Shown one piece after another: positions 62,914 through 64,000 of a stretch of DNA of 64,000 nucleotides. Under the pieces are notes generated by a model that saw only the letters and a program-made list of their open reading frames with translations, was not told the DNA's origin and searched no databases. The position numbers and the translations under genes are program-made. How positions within the stretch are numbered: position 1 is the first letter of the stretch; each line of letters opens with the position of its first letter. This DNA comes from Candidatus Anderseniibacteriota bacterium (GTDB lineage Bacteria > Patescibacteriota > Andersenbacteria > UBA10190): NCBI GenBank assembly GCA_016197005.1, contig JACPWO010000004.1, positions 6,305-70,304 of the forward strand. The letters are read 5' to 3'.

Positions 62914-63375
62914 TTAGAATGGGATATCTTCAATGCGAATCTCTTCGTCAGACGTAGGCTGTGCTTCACTCATGGCCATAGCAGGAGCTGGTGTGGCTGT
63001 TTGTTTTTGGGCCGGGCGACTTGCTTGAGCTGGAGAACTACCTTCGCCACGGCTACCTAACATAATCATGTTATCGGCGACTACTTCAGTTCGGTATCGC
63101 TTCTGTTTATCTTGGCCTTCCCAGCTACGAGTTTGCAGGTGTCCTTCGAGGTATATTTGCTTCCCTTTCGTTAGGTATTGAGCGCAGATTTCAGCCAGAC
63201 GTCTCCAAGCAACAACATTGTGAAATTCAGTATTTTCTTTTTGTGTTCCCTGATCGTCTTTCCAAACACGGCTAGTTGCAATGGAGAAATTGGTTACGGC
63301 CACGCCTTGAGGAGTAGTGCGAGCTTCTGGATCTCGTGTCAGGCGACCAATAAGCATTACTTTATTGAGATCCAT
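62914..63375 (-). CDS. ssb: Single-stranded DNA-binding protein
   Basis: LNKVMLIGRLTRDPE; C-terminal EDIPF. Confidence 0.97.
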   Translation of the reverse strand: MDLNKVMLIGRLTRDPEARTTPQGVAVTNFSIATSRVWKDDQGTQKENTEFHNVVAWRRLAEICAQYLTKGKQIYLEGHLQTRSWEGQDKQKRYRTEVVADNMIMLGSRGEGSSPAQASRPAQKQTATPAPAMAMSEAQPTSDEEIRIEDIPF

Positions 63376-63377
63376 AC

Positions 63378-63818
63378 TTATTTAACTTCCTCTGTTAAGA
63401 CATCTTCAATGCCCTTTTCAACGTCCTCCATCGTTACCTTCTTTTCTTCAGCTTTCTTAGTAGCCTTCGGAACAAGAGCTTTTTTGTCAGTCGTTAACAT
63501 CTCTCGGATCATATCGGCGTTAATGGCTTCACGAGGCGGTGTATTCAAGATGGTAAAGCGGAGGACACCAGCGTTCCGTTTGAGCCAATCATGGATGTCT
63601 GCGATCTTCTCAGGAGCAATAAGAACGTTAATTGTTCGCAGAAAACCAGCTCGTTCCTTCGCTATAGGGTAGGAGAGCTGACGGCGGAGGGCAGCAGAAG
63701 CCCGTTCAATCTTGCCCTCTAAGGCAGAGATCTTTTCCTCTAGTTCCCCATTCAGCTTATCGCGGTCCTCATCGACCGTTTTTGGGCTGATAATATAGGT
63801 GATTTCGTAGGTATTCAT
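63378..63818 (-). CDS. rpsF: 30S ribosomal protein S6
   Basis: YEITYIISP, RQLSYPIAK; rpsF-ssb-rpsR gene order. Confidence 0.93.
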   Translation of the reverse strand: MNTYEITYIISPKTVDEDRDKLNGELEEKISALEGKIERASAALRRQLSYPIAKERAGFLRTINVLIAPEKIADIHDWLKRNAGVLRFTILNTPPREAINADMIREMLTTDKKALVPKATKKAEEKKVTMEDVEKGIEDVLTEEVK

Positions 63819-63826
63819 GTGGAATA

Positions 63827-63855
63827 AACCTAGCGAAATGGCCTAAATATGTCAA
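63827..63855 (-). promoter_or_regulatory. rpsF operon promoter
   Basis: TTGACA-17 nt-TAGGTT, 8 nt before the ATG. Confidence 0.7.
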
Positions 63856-63883
63856 TTTTGACTAAATGAGTTTAATGTGCCGT

Positions 63884-64000
63884 TTAGTTAAATTTGAAAA
63901 GCATGACATCGCCATCTTTTACGACATATTCCTTACCTTCATCTCTGACTTTTCCGGCTGATCTGGCAGCCGCGTAAGACCCCAGCGTATCCAAGTCGCT
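63884..64000 (-). CDS. ychF: YchF ATPase, C-terminal fragment (window edge)
   Basis: [23 protein letters not shown]. Confidence 0.92.
   Translation of the reverse strand, partial: SDLDTLGSYAAARSAGKVRDEGKEYVVKDGDVMLFKFN

Overview
Bacterial chromosome segment in genetic code 11 (TGA is used as a stop). It is very likely from a CPR/Patescibacteria genome; this is inferred from compact housekeeping genes, a non-canonical EF-P loop, a truncated TsaB, a VirD4-like ATPase next to DUF3048, and scarce Shine-Dalgarno sites. Most of the window is housekeeping (polA, holA, rpsT, truB, efp, pepF, pepA, murB, uvrB, ruvA, murE, rpoBC, ftsK, recA, rpsR-ssb-rpsF, ychF end), plus a surface-glycan region (gmd/rmd, GT-C-like enzyme, NeuB/NeuA nonulosonate cluster) and the 3' part of a giant repeated LamG surface protein. 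The main feature is a complete chromosomal diversity-generating retroelement (DGR) at 37.8-40.8 kb. Its target gene has a C-terminal variable repeat (VR), and the template repeat (TR) matches it over 130 nt with 22 mismatches, all at TR adenines. avd lies on the opposite strand. The reverse transcriptase is thrown out of frame by a (GA)17 microsatellite and is restored by losing one unit, making it a candidate phase-variable ON/OFF switch for hypermutation. Other notable items: an unexplained ~320-nt densely structured RNA after polA, a perfect CIRCE operator before an alternative sigma factor, widespread apparently leaderless genes, and several small ORFs missing from the ORF track. All alignments and counts were done by eye.
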